Positions 10,959 through 20,665 of a stretch of 47,658 nt of DNA are shown one piece after another. The DNA comes from an uncultured delta proteobacterium (GTDB lineage: Bacteria > Desulfobacterota > Binatia > Bin18), in assembly GCA_963733195.1 (NCBI GenBank), contig CAVTCR010000023.1, positions 1-47,658 of the forward strand, written 5' to 3'. Below the pieces are notes generated by a model. That model was not told the origin of the DNA and did no database searches. It saw nothing but the letters and a program-made list of their open reading frames with translations. Numbering within the stretch: the stretch's first letter is position 1; each line of letters begins with the position of its first letter. The position numbers were made by a program, and so were the translations under genes.

Positions 10959-12696
10959 CTAGTGTAACTGGATACCACCATTTGACTGCGACAACGCCTT
11001 AGCCACTTGAGAATGTCCTTTGCCAAGCGTGTGAGAAAACATTCCAAGGCCACAGATTACGGTAAGAAGCGCTACACCAGCGACGCACCGACGCGTACGC
11101 TGCCGCGCCCATTCCGCCTCGGTTGCAATTTGAGGCACACTCCCCAATATCTCGACTGTCGTGAAAGCACGTAACTCCTCTATTTTGTGAAATGCCGGAT
11201 TAATGACCTCACGAAACAAGACTGTTACCAGTGCGGCCCCCAAACTCAAGATGATCGCACCTAGAGACAGCAGACGACGACGCGGACCTGCAGGATCCTG
11301 TGGATAGAGGGCTGGTTCAATAATGGCAAAATTTTCACCTTGCTGGCTCTGATCCAGGTTCCCTGCAAGCGTGGCCGTGCCGAGTCGTTTCAGAAGAGAG
11401 AGATACAATTCGTGGGTTGATGAATAATCACGATTCAATGTTTGTAGTTCCTGGTCGCGTTTTGGTCCATTCTCCACACGTGCTTGATATGCAGAGATTT
11501 CTTGCCTGAGACGAGCTAGCTCTGCACCCTTGCGTTGAATCTCCAGCTCGAGCCCAGCATATTCAGTTTGAAGATTAGTCAACTCAGTTGCCCTCCGTGC
11601 GCTTTCAGCAGCCGCAGACACTACTTGAGCTGGCGAGCTAGTCGGAAGAGACTGAGCGGCGGAAGGAATAGTAGTTGTCACTCGAGCTTGTCCCTCGACT
11701 ACTTGGGACGCGATCTTTTGTTCTAGCGCTGCGACTTCCTTTCGCAACTGAAGCACGTCTGGGTGTTTCTCAGAAAAACGAACCAGCAGCTGCGCCAAGC
11801 GACCCTTGCTAGTCTCTAACTCTCCGATCAACGTTGCACCAGTTCCGAGGTTCGACGGAGTATTCTCTTCTGTATTTCCACTTCCGCCGAATGATGCCCC
11901 CCTATCTCCAGCGATCATCAACACAGGTCCTCCGACAGGCTTCGTGTTAACCATTGCTAAGCGTCTATTCAGGATCTCCCGACGCTCCTGGGCAGTAGCC
12001 ACCTGTGACAGAGAGAACATCGGCTTGAACCTTCAATTGAGAGAGGGTCACAAGGTTCGTAGCAAGCTGTTCTGGCAGCTCTTCGATGTGACGCCGCTTG
12101 TACTCTGCTACCCTTCGCTCTTGAGCTTCGAGCTTCTCTTGGGTCTCTTTAAGTTGCGAGCGAAGGAAGTCGGTCGTACCTGCGACTTGGTCCCGCCGAT
12201 CCTTCTTATTTTCCTCAATAAAGAAAAGCGCGAGCGAGTCAGCCACTTGTCGCACCTTCTCCGGATCAGTTCCTCGGTAGCTGATATCAAAAGTGATAGT
12301 TGCATCTTCTGAGGAAGTACCTTCGTTGCGAACTTGTAACCCGATATCACTTCGAAGCGCTTTGGCGACAGTCTGGTTGGCTTGACGTTCACGTTTAAGA
12401 TCAGGATAAAGTTCGAATTGTTCCGCGAGTTGGTTCAGCCTGGAGCGACTCAGGATCCTTTGAGTGAGTACTCGCAACCTTCCTTCTGTTCCCATGGTCA
12501 TTGCTGAGGGAACAACGTCAGTCGAGATCTGCTGCTCCTTGACGGCAATCGATGCTGTACTGGTGTACACATTCGGTAGAGCATGAATAAACGCAAGCAG
12601 CGGTACCAGTGCGGTTGTAAATACTACCCCTACAAGCAGCGCATGTCGCCGCAGCATGTCCATTGCTGATTGAATTGTGAAGTTACTGGTATCCAT
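10959..12696 (-). CDS. Wzz/GumC-type polysaccharide co-polymerase (chain length determinant), frameshift near 12020
   Basis: N-terminal TM plus LPNVYTSTASI, coiled coils with FSEKHPDV, then IIEPALYP...P and C-terminal TM segments. Split across ORFs 11965..12696 and 10959..12020. Confidence 0.9.
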
Positions 12697-13373
12697 GGGT
12701 AGTAACTGTGACTTACGAATCGGAGTTGTTGGCTACAAGGTCACAGAAAAATAATCTACTGGGACCATCTTGTACCGGACTTCACTAGAAGCATAAATAT
12801 TATTCATGGCTGGCTCTTCTGCCTTTCTGTGCTGCACCATCAACCATGTTCTGCATATTACGCCAACGCAAAGGTTTGGGCAGTCTCAATTTTAGAAGAA
12901 GATTAGGACTATCCTCGTCTTAGGGGTCCTTTCAGCAGGAAATTCTGAAGAGGGAAATCGCTGACGGTAAAGATTTACGAGTAGTAGTACATGGCTCCGC
13001 CACCCGGAACCAACTAGCATTCTTGAACTTTACTTTCATTCTACTGGTACTGCTGGTAGTAAAAACGCTGACTTTAAATACTAACGAAGAGAGCAAACAC
13101 AACAAGCAGTGATTTATTTATACATGAACTGAATTCGAATTGTCAAAAGAAAACATCCTCATGTTTCTTTTGTGTTAGCATGTGGAATTCACTCAGGGAG
13201 CACTCGAAAAGTCTCTTAGCAATGAATCAAGTAAGACTATTTCTGTTTAGACAAATGTTCGATCTTAACAAAGAAGGTTATAAAGATAGATAATAAAATC
13301 TATCAAAAAGTAGAATTAAATAAATGATCAATTGCATGAGAATAAATATCGACAGAACTGAAACAGGAAAAAT

Positions 13374-14498
13374 ATGAAACTCTACGATTGTATAGTGATT
13401 GGCGCTGGAGGTGTTGGGAGTGCGGCGTTGTATTACCTCGCACGTCGCGGGACACGAGTACTTGGGATTGATCGCTTTCCGCCGGGACACGACCGTGGCA
13501 GCTCGCACGGCGACACCCGGATTATCCGCATGGCGTATTTCGAACATCCCGATTATGTCCCCCTACTCCGGCGAGCTTATGAATTGTGGGCTCAATTCGA
13601 AGCGCTTTGTGGGCAACAACTGTATCGGGAAGTTGGACTGCTGCAGATGGGTTCGCCGGAGGGTGAGGTTGTTCCAGGTGTTCTCAGGAGTGCACATGAG
13701 CATAACCTATCTGTCGAGACATTAACAATAAGTGATGTCACTCGTCGCTTTGCTGGCTTCGCGATGCCGGAGGCGATGAGTGCGGTATTCGAGCAGAAGG
13801 CTGGATATCTCGCGGTTGAATCATGCGTCCGGTGCTACGCCGCTGAGGCACAGAAGCTCGGGGCAGAGCTACACAGCGATGAAACTATCGTGAACTGGCA
13901 AGCAGATAGCAATAGCGTTACGGTCAGGACGAATCGTGATACGTACCTGGCGGCACGCCTGATTATCACGCCGGGCGCGTGGGCTCCGAGTCTTTTGGCT
14001 GACCTCGGAATTCGATTCGAGATACGTCGCAAGTCGTTGTTTTGGTACGAGGCTCCATCTGTGTATCATGCGGACCAGCAGTGTCCGGCGTTTCTCTATG
14101 AGACTCCAGCTGGCATTTTCTATGGTTACCCACAGATAGACGATTCGGGTCTCAAAGTCGCTGAACACTCGGGCGGTCAAGTCATAGACGATCCACTGGC
14201 TGTGGACCGCAACATTAATCCGCATGATCGTAAACAAGTGGAAGACTTTCTTGGTCGCTACCTCCCTGGCGTATCGCGCGCCCTACGGAAGCACGTCGTG
14301 TGCATGTACACCATGAGTCCGGACTCACACTTCGTGGTCGACCGGCACCCGCAATATCCACAAGTTGCGTTTGTTGCGGGGCTGTCTGGCCATGGATTTA
14401 AGTTTGCCAGCGTCTTAGGGGAAATACTCACGGATCTAGCACTCGATGGACGTACTACCGCACCGATTGGCTTTCTCCGCAGTAACCGCCCAATGTAA
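13374..14498 (+). CDS. solA: N-methyl-L-tryptophan / monomeric sarcosine oxidase
   Basis: VIGAGGVG FAD motif, GSSHGDTRIIR, CMYTMSPD (flavinylation Cys) and SGHGFKFAS. Confidence 0.92.
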   Translation: MKLYDCIVIGAGGVGSAALYYLARRGTRVLGIDRFPPGHDRGSSHGDTRIIRMAYFEHPDYVPLLRRAYELWAQFEALCGQQLYREVGLLQMGSPEGEVVPGVLRSAHEHNLSVETLTISDVTRRFAGFAMPEAMSAVFEQKAGYLAVESCVRCYAAEAQKLGAELHSDETIVNWQADSNSVTVRTNRDTYLAARLIITPGAWAPSLLADLGIRFEIRRKSLFWYEAPSVYHADQQCPAFLYETPAGIFYGYPQIDDSGLKVAEHSGGQVIDDPLAVDRNINPHDRKQVEDFLGRYLPGVSRALRKHVVCMYTMSPDSHFVVDRHPQYPQVAFVAGLSGHGFKFASVLGEILTDLALDGRTTAPIGFLRSNRPM

Positions 14499-14502
14499 GG
14501 TG

Positions 14503-15343
14503 TTAGCGTGGCGCGAGAGCCTGAAGTCCGCGCTCATCAGCGCCTAGCTCACCATCAGATCGCAATGGTACGATGCAGACATGGTTCGCACCAGCGCGGA
14601 ACTGAGCATCGACGTGCGCGCGTAGCCGCCCCTCGTTCCCCCAGGCGACTATCGCATCTACCAGGCGATCACTCCCACCCTCAGCAAAGTCCTCGTCGTT
14701 GAATCCCAATGCACGCAAGCGATGGATATAGTGCTCAATCGCCATATAGATCTGCATATAGCGGCGCGCCGCTGCACGTGCCTTTGTGGCGTCAGTTTCT
14801 AACATCACTAATTGTACTGCAGCCAACCAGGGTTTCGGGCCGATCGCTTTACGATACCCTGCTACTTGTTCGGTCGTGGTAAAGTAGGTTAGCGTTCCTT
14901 GCGTTTCCGAGGCCGCGAGCTGTAGCATTTTCGGCATCATGGCGGCGAGGACGATCGGCGGCTCGTGCGTTGGCTTCGGGGCATTGTACGGCGCAGATTT
15001 CATTTTCGCCACGTAGTCACGCATGAAAGAAACCGGTTTTTCATAGCCGACGCCGCGCCGCGTATTGTATGTCTTATTACTGACCCCGAGTCCGAGAATG
15101 AAGCGGTTATCGAAGAGTTCGCTTAACGTGCGCGCCGCCCCCATCGCGGCAATAGGCTCGTAGGTATAGGCGATTGCAACTCCTGTCCCTACAGTTAACC
15201 GTTCTGTTTGACTCAGGACATAGGTCGAAAGCGAGAAGATTTCTCGCCCCATGATTTCGGGAACCCAGAGCGCACCGTAGCCCAATTCTTCAATCTTGCG
15301 AGCAAATGGCCCGATTTCTATACCTTGCAAGATGTCGAAAAAG
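14503..15343 (-). pseudogene. LLM-class, probably F420-dependent, oxidoreductase (TIGR03620-like); native 5' end removed at the IS1 boundary
   Basis: Motifs FARKIEELGYGALWVPE, RFILGLGVS, SDRLVDAIVAWG and AGANHVCI. The reading frame runs directly into the IS inverted repeat at 15344 with no native start. Confidence 0.8.
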
Positions 15344-16187
15344 GGTCGTGTTCTCAAATTGTTGTTAGGGTGGGGATTAGATGGGCGTCCCGAACTCGTA
15401 GCGATTCGCAAAGAGTCCTATGACGGTATCGTGCATGAACCCGGATTTCGAGAACCAAATGGTTTTGCGAGCTCAGCGCTTGATGCGGGTCCGTCGCGTG
15501 AGAGGTTTGCGTTCGAGCTGCTGGGGGTTGCTTTTGCCAATGGTATGCGCCGCTGTAGGCAGGGGCCACGCAGAGACTCCCGCCCCAGCCGTGTAAAGGG
15601 CTCCAGGCCAAAGGGCTTGAGCAACTTCTGCAACTCGATGAAGACTCTATCCGCTCGACTGCCGAAGACAGACACCAGGACCACGCCGCTCACATGATCA
15701 ATCGCCTGCCAACCAGCACTGGGGGGCTTGGCTTTGCACGAAACTCCACCTCTCATCGCCCTCCGCGGCTTCGACGCGCCGCACTTCGACCGTGAGCGCC
15801 TCCGGACAACAGCCCTCCCCGCCGCTCGTGTTGACCTGGGACAGACCGGGCGGCTTTTTTTTAATTCGCGAAGCCCGGTATTGGACCCGACCTGCAGGAC
15901 GCGGGCACTATCGCGGATCCCCCTCCCCTTGAGTGTCAGGTCCACGCTCTGCTGCTTCACCGTCGGCAAACAGCCGGGAGAGGCAGAGCTGCGTAAAAAT
16001 GTCCGCCCCCACGCCGCGCTTTGCTGACAGCGACACCGCTCCTTGCCATTGCTCGTCTTGCCATACTTCACGACCGCCTTACTCTGACAATGGGGACACT
16101 TTACTGCTGCCTCAGCCATCGGTTGTTTCTCCTTCTCGCCCACACGATACCTGTCTTTTCTCCTATCAACAAATGGGAGACACGACC
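15344..16187 (-). mobile_element. IS1-family insertion sequence, 844 bp, degenerate, no target duplication
   Basis: 26-bp imperfect TIRs GGTCGTGTTCTCAAATTGTTGTTAGG and GGTCGTGTCTCCCATTTGTTGATAGG (20/26 identical) enclose insA/insB-like coding sequence. The flanks (...CGAAAAAG and CCCGAGAT...) are not duplicated. Confidence 0.92.
15377..16119 (-). pseudogene. insAB: IS1 transposase InsAB, inactivated
   Basis: InsA Zn ribbon CPHCQS..VVKYG and HTH GIRD.ARVL; A8 slippage site at 15855-15862; InsB motifs DE.WSFV, AIDH and RIKR*ARKTI.FSKS..MHDTVIGLF.NRYEFG. In-frame TGA at 15473-15475; catalytic YTD has become YTA. Confidence 0.9.
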
Positions 16188-16369
16188 CCCGAGATATTTG
16201 TTTTGCCGTCGATATGGACGGTCATGATATAAAACTCCTTCTGCGTCGGTGAGGCCGCGCGTTGCTGTTGAGGAGCAGCCTGAGTGGGGGTGTCGTACTC
16301 TGTTGCTGCGGCAAGCTGCCCCCAGCCTGTCACGAGTAACCCTGCAAGAAGCATATGCACGTGTCTCAT
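16188..16369 (-). pseudogene. Secreted protein, 3' part cut off at the IS1 boundary
   Basis: Strong RBS (GAGGAGG), signal-peptide-like MRHVHMLLAGLLVTGWGQLAAA, then ...KEFYIMTVHIDGKTNISG. The frame enters the IS TIR and stops at 16166. Confidence 0.65.
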
Positions 16370-16450
16370 TGACCTTCCTCCTCGGTTGAATTGCCGTGCG
16401 CTTCGCACTGTCATCTGACATAACTACTCCCGTGCAAAAAAATTCCATCT

Positions 16451-16594
16451 GAACGGAGCGTGAGCACAGCGCGGCGATTGCACGCTACAACACGCTCCAT
16501 AAGACGGCTATTGTCACTCGGCACTCCAAGTATCTCAAAAATATATGTGGAGCAGGCTATAGCGGGGTAAAGCGAGTGGTGAAGCCAATGCTCG
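16451..16594 (+). mobile_element. IS6-family transposase relic (internal fragment)
   Basis: With two compensating indels it translates to AAIARYNTLHKTAIVTRHSKYLKNIVEQ.YSGVKRVVKPML. This matches the IS6 signature KYLNNxxEQDHRxxKRxxxPMLG. Confidence 0.72.
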
Positions 16595-16987
16595 ACGATC
16601 TCTGCAAATTCACCTCGCGGCTCCGACATGTTCAATCTCCCTGGGATCGTGTCTATTTTTTTAAGTGCGTATCGAACCGCGCTTCCGCCACCCGGATTAA
16701 CTCGCGATAGAAGTGTTTCTCTGGCGTCCCTGCTCGTCTACACCTGAAATTTGCGACAGATCCCTTTTTTGCCGTTGTTGGCACGCAGAATCGGTCACGA
16801 GCCCATCACGAGCATCTGATCCCTGCTTCTGCGAACCTGTAGTGTCAAGTAATGCATAATCGCCTATGCATTCGTGCACTACGGTACGATAGTTGCCTGT
16901 CAAACTTCACGGTGCCACGGGTGGCAGAGACACGCCACCGTATGTTACGCTGTCACAGCCTGTGGGAGAGAACGGAGGCTCGGCCAT

Positions 16988-18364
16988 ATGATGGTGCCTG
17001 TGCGCAAAGCTTCACCAATGCTCAGCTTCTGGCTGGCGTTGACGTTCTTTGCCGTTCTCCAGTGGATCGCGCATACACAGAACAGCATTCCCCGCATAGA
17101 CCTCATCAGCGACCTCGCGGGATTCGTGGCGCTAGCCTTCAGTGGCCTCCTGCTCAGCCGTCAGATCAATGCACATCGCCAAACGGAGCAAGAACTACGT
17201 CATGTCCACGAGGCATTGGACCAACGCGTGCAGGAACGCACGGTCGCGTTGACAGAGGCTAATACAGAATTACGTACACACATTGTTGAACGAGAGCGCG
17301 CGGAAGCGCAGCTTCGTAGTCTGATCAATGCGACTCAAGATGCCGTGATCACGATCGATCGCGAAGGACGCATCCTCTTGTTCAATCCTGCTGCCGAGCG
17401 CATCTTTGGCTACACGCGCGTAGACGTGCAGGGACAGCTTGTGCAGACCCTGATGCCCGAGCCCTACGCGAGCGAACACAATGGCTACATTGCCCGCTAC
17501 GAGCAGAGCGGCGAAGCGCGTGCGATTGGCCGGATCCGTACCGTTGCTGCACGGCGCAAGAATGGCGAGGTCTTTCCGATTGAACTGTCGGTCGCTGAGA
17601 TTACCACTCCCGATGAGACTACCTATGGTGCCTTTATCCGCGACATTTCGGACACGGTACACCTACAAGAACAACTGGTGGAGCGGGAGCGCCTAGCGGC
17701 GATTGGCACCACGGCGGCTACCTTTGCACACGAGGTCGGCAATCCACTCAATAGCATGCTCATGACGGGGCAACTCTTGGAGCGCTATCTCGTCAAGAAT
17801 CACGATCAGATTGATCAGAAGGCAGGTGAGACGCTACAAAACCTCATGAGCGAGATTAAGCGGCTCTCAGCCCTTCTCAGCGAGTTCCGCTCGCTCGCAC
17901 GCCGCCAGAAACTCGATCTGCGTCCAGTCTCACTGTCCACAGTCATCGCCGATGTATTGGCAGTGGAAACTCCGTCATACCAAGATAGCGGTGTACGTGT
18001 AGAACAGGATGTCCCTATCGATCTGCCCGTGGTTGTCGTCGATGCAGAGAAAGTACGGCAAGCGGTGCTCAACCTGTGTAAGAACGCGGTAGAAGCGATG
18101 CCACAGGGCGGAACACTGCGGGTGAGTGCGAACCACCAAGAAGGGACTATTCGTGTAGCAATCAGCGACACCGGGGCCGGTATTCCACCAGGTGTAAACA
18201 TTTTTGAGCCGTTTATCACGACAAAATCTCAAGGTACCGGGCTGGGGTTAACTATTGTTCGCCAGATTGTTGCGGCTCATCATGGCACGCTGACCTATCA
18301 AAGTACGCCGGGGCAAGGGACGACGTTCACCCTGGAGTTACCGGTCACACCGCCACCAGGATAA
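16988..18364 (+). CDS. Membrane-anchored FixL-like heme-PAS sensor histidine kinase
   Basis: Two TM helices and a coiled coil precede a PAS domain, FNPAAERIFGY...LMPEPYASEHNGYIARY...IGRIRTVAARRKNGEVFPIELS, which keeps the FixL-type proximal His and distal Arg. H-box FAHEVGNPL; N/G boxes NAVEAM, DTGAGI and GTGLGL. RBS GGAGG precedes ATG 16988. Confidence 0.9.
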   Translation: MMVPVRKASPMLSFWLALTFFAVLQWIAHTQNSIPRIDLISDLAGFVALAFSGLLLSRQINAHRQTEQELRHVHEALDQRVQERTVALTEANTELRTHIVERERAEAQLRSLINATQDAVITIDREGRILLFNPAAERIFGYTRVDVQGQLVQTLMPEPYASEHNGYIARYEQSGEARAIGRIRTVAARRKNGEVFPIELSVAEITTPDETTYGAFIRDISDTVHLQEQLVERERLAAIGTTAATFAHEVGNPLNSMLMTGQLLERYLVKNHDQIDQKAGETLQNLMSEIKRLSALLSEFRSLARRQKLDLRPVSLSTVIADVLAVETPSYQDSGVRVEQDVPIDLPVVVVDAEKVRQAVLNLCKNAVEAMPQGGTLRVSANHQEGTIRVAISDTGAGIPPGVNIFEPFITTKSQGTGLGLTIVRQIVAAHHGTLTYQSTPGQGTTFTLELPVTPPPG

Positions 18365-18368
18365 GATA

Positions 18369-18396
18369 GTAGGGACACGGCACGCCGTACCCCTAC
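18369..18396. repeat. GTAG-type REP palindrome
   Basis: GTAGGGACACGGC-AC-GCCGTACCCCTAC lies just after the kinase stop codon. A related copy is at 21331. Confidence 0.7.
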
Positions 18397-18457
18397 CAGC
18401 CCAAAGGGAACAACAGAGCAAAAAACCCACCACAAGAGTAGCAAACCGCTTCCAGTT

Positions 18458-18503
18458 TTCTTATTGTTGCAAAAGCGTGCGCCAATTTTCTCAAAAATGA
18501 GAA
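18458..18503. promoter_or_regulatory. Tandem candidate enhancer (bEBP) sites, pair 1
   Basis: TTCTTA-ttgt-TGCAAA (18458) and TTCTCA-aaaa-TGAGAA (18488), 30 bp apart. Confidence 0.75.
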
Positions 18504-18544
18504 CCACCTACCGCATTTTCCGACTGCTGACGAGGTGTATGTCG

Positions 18545-18560
18545 TGGCACTCCCTGTGCT
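18545..18560 (+). promoter_or_regulatory. sigma54 -24/-12 promoter (CBS gene plus response regulator)
   Basis: TGGCACTCCCTGTGCT, GG-N10-GC spacing. Confidence 0.8.
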
Positions 18561-18590
18561 ATTGAGAAGATCACAGCACAGGAGGTTTCT

Positions 18591-19178
18591 ATGCTTGTTC
18601 GTCAACGTATGACGCCCAATCCGGTCATTATCGGTCCACAAGCCATGCTCGCCATTGCCCAGGAGTATATGAGGGTTGGTCACTTTCGCCGGCTCCCCGT
18701 GGTGCAGGAGGGAGCCCTGATTGGGATCCTAACCGACCGTGACGTGCGTCGTCACGCCGGTTCAGAAGAGCGCACTAAAGTACAGGCAGCCATGACGGAA
18801 ACCCCGCTGACTGTTCCGCCAGACATGGAGGTTGAGGAAGCGACCAAGCTGATGTTGCGCGATCAGATCAGCGGACTTCCGGTGGTCGAGAATGGCAAAC
18901 TGGTGGGTATCATCACCGCCAGCGACATCCTCAACGCGTTTTTGGAGATGACTGGGGCCTCAACGCCTAATAGCGTGCGTATCAACTTGCTTCCCAAGGA
19001 CGGTGGCAGCCTCGCCGCCGCCGCCAAACTCATTGAGGAGAGTGGAGGTGAAATCCTAGGCGTCGGCACCCACCGTGAGCCCTCACGGAATCAGCGCGGC
19101 TTCTATCTCCGCATCTGTGGACTGGATGCTGCCACGGCCTCTACCGCCTTGCGCAAGAGTGGCTATACTGTCCTCTAG
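18591..19178 (+). CDS. CBS-pair plus ACT-like domain protein (AcuB-like)
   Basis: CBS motifs RRLPVV...GILTDRDV and SGLPVV...GIITASDI, with an ACT-like C-terminus. RBS AGGAGG. Confidence 0.88.
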   Translation: MLVRQRMTPNPVIIGPQAMLAIAQEYMRVGHFRRLPVVQEGALIGILTDRDVRRHAGSEERTKVQAAMTETPLTVPPDMEVEEATKLMLRDQISGLPVVENGKLVGIITASDILNAFLEMTGASTPNSVRINLLPKDGGSLAAAAKLIEESGGEILGVGTHREPSRNQRGFYLRICGLDAATASTALRKSGYTVL

Positions 19179-19204
19179 ATTTTGGGAGGTAGAGGACCTC
19201 GGGC

Positions 19205-20560
19205 ATGGCACTACGCGGCACGATTCTGGTGGCAGAGGATGAAGGACTGGCACGGCACAGTTTGACGGAGATCTTGCAAGAGGAAGGCTATCTGGTCTAT
19301 GAGGCTGCGGACGGGAACTCGGCACTAAAAATCCTCGACGAGGTCGACATCGATCTTGTGCTCTCAGACGTCAAGATGCCGGGCGCCGACGGCATCGCTA
19401 TCCTCAAGCAGGCACGCGAAACGCACCCCCAGACCCTGGTCATGCTGATGACCGCCTACGCGTCGGTCGACACCGTGGTAGAAGCCCTGCGTCTCGGCGC
19501 GCAGGACTATCTGCTCAAGCCGCTGTTGCTCGACGATGTGCTCAATAAAGTCCGTCGCCTACTGGAACACAAACAACAAGCCTGGGAAGTCCAGCTCCTG
19601 CGACGGGAGGTTACCCGCCATTTTGATTTCGACAGTCTCGTGGGGCGCAGTCCGGCAATGAAAGAACTCTTCGAACTCATCAAGAAAGTCGCTCCGACTA
19701 ATGCCACGGTTCTTATTACGGGAGAGAGTGGCGTCGGCAAAGAGGTTGTCGCCCGTCTCGTGCATTCTCTAAGCATGCAAAAAGAGCACGTCTTTCTGCC
19801 CATCAACACCAGTGCCATTCCGGAAACGTTGTTGGAAAGCCAACTGTTTGGGTATGTCAAAGGCGCGTTTACCGGGGCGGTCGGGAATCAAGAGGGCCTC
19901 TTTCAGCGGGCGCGTGGGGGCACGATCTTCCTGGATGAAATGGGCGAGATGCCGCTGACGCTCCAACCCAAGCTGTTACGCGCCATCGAAGCCAAGGAAG
20001 TGATGCCTGTCGGCGCGACCACTCCCGTCAAGACGGATATCCGATTGCTAGTGGCGACCAATCGCGACCTGGCCAAAGAGGTCGAAGCGGGTCGCTTTCG
20101 CGAGGATCTGTATTATCGACTGAATGTTATCGAACTCCACATCCCGCCCTTGCGTGAACGCCGGGACGATGTTCCCTTGTTGGTCGAGTACCTCGTTCGG
20201 CGGCACAATCACGATTTGAAGAAATCCTACAAAGGCGTGGACAATGCGACCATGAAGCTCCTGATGGCGATGCCGTGGAAAGGGAACGTACGTGAACTCG
20301 ATAACGTGCTCGAACGGGCCATGATCCTGGGCAACGGAGAATGGATTACCCCCGCTGACCTGCCGCGTAGTATCGAACCTGACAAAGTGATGCTTGCGTT
20401 TTTCAGTGACAACCTCAGGGAAGCAGTTCAGGCCTATGAGAAAAGCCACATCGAACATGTGTTGAAGAAGATGGCGGGTGATAAGAAGGGAACCGCCGAC
20501 GCGTTGGGCATGAGCCTCTCTTCGCTGTACCGTAAACTTGAGGACCTCGATATCGGCTGA
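19205..20560 (+). CDS. NtrC-family sigma54-dependent response regulator (REC-AAA+-HTH)
   Basis: Receiver (AEDE, SDVKMPG, LLKP), Walker A GESGVGKE, GAFTGA, FLDEMG, FREDLYYRL and a Fis-type HTH. Confidence 0.96.
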   Translation: MALRGTILVAEDEGLARHSLTEILQEEGYLVYEAADGNSALKILDEVDIDLVLSDVKMPGADGIAILKQARETHPQTLVMLMTAYASVDTVVEALRLGAQDYLLKPLLLDDVLNKVRRLLEHKQQAWEVQLLRREVTRHFDFDSLVGRSPAMKELFELIKKVAPTNATVLITGESGVGKEVVARLVHSLSMQKEHVFLPINTSAIPETLLESQLFGYVKGAFTGAVGNQEGLFQRARGGTIFLDEMGEMPLTLQPKLLRAIEAKEVMPVGATTPVKTDIRLLVATNRDLAKEVEAGRFREDLYYRLNVIELHIPPLRERRDDVPLLVEYLVRRHNHDLKKSYKGVDNATMKLLMAMPWKGNVRELDNVLERAMILGNGEWITPADLPRSIEPDKVMLAFFSDNLREAVQAYEKSHIEHVLKKMAGDKKGTADALGMSLSSLYRKLEDLDIG

Positions 20561-20579
20561 GAATGAACAAGACAAGGCG

Positions 20580-20626
20580 TTGCCAATCTTGCGAAACCTG
20601 CAGCGATTCTTTCGCGATTTAGCGAA
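20580..20626. promoter_or_regulatory. Tandem candidate enhancer sites, pair 2
   Basis: TTGCCA-atct-TGCGAA (20580) and TTCGCG-attt-AGCGAA (20611), 31 bp apart. Confidence 0.7.
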
Positions 20627-20665
20627 ATGATTTCCCATGGCACCCGAATTCCTCTGTTTTGTCAG

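Noticed and set aside
12852-12866. Minus-strand TTGGCGTAATATGCA upstream of the EPS operon
   Set aside because: GG-to-GC spacing is 8, not the required 10.
15418-16143. 241-aa ORF as an intact transposase
   Set aside because: It drifts between InsA, off-frame sequence and InsB. The true InsB frame has a stop and has lost a catalytic Asp.
16411-16635. 74-aa minus-strand ORF
   Set aside because: Antisense shadow of the IS6 relic.
16640-16698. Minus-strand CCGGGTGGCGGAA resembling a tRNA-Leu 5' end; a similar 12-mer occurs near 12997
   Set aside because: No anticodon arm, T-arm or acceptor stem can be folded; probably a chance match.
16779-16796. TGGCACGCAGAATCGG as a sigma54 promoter for the kinase
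   Set aside because: Good -24 box, but CG instead of GC at -12 and no enhancer pair nearby.
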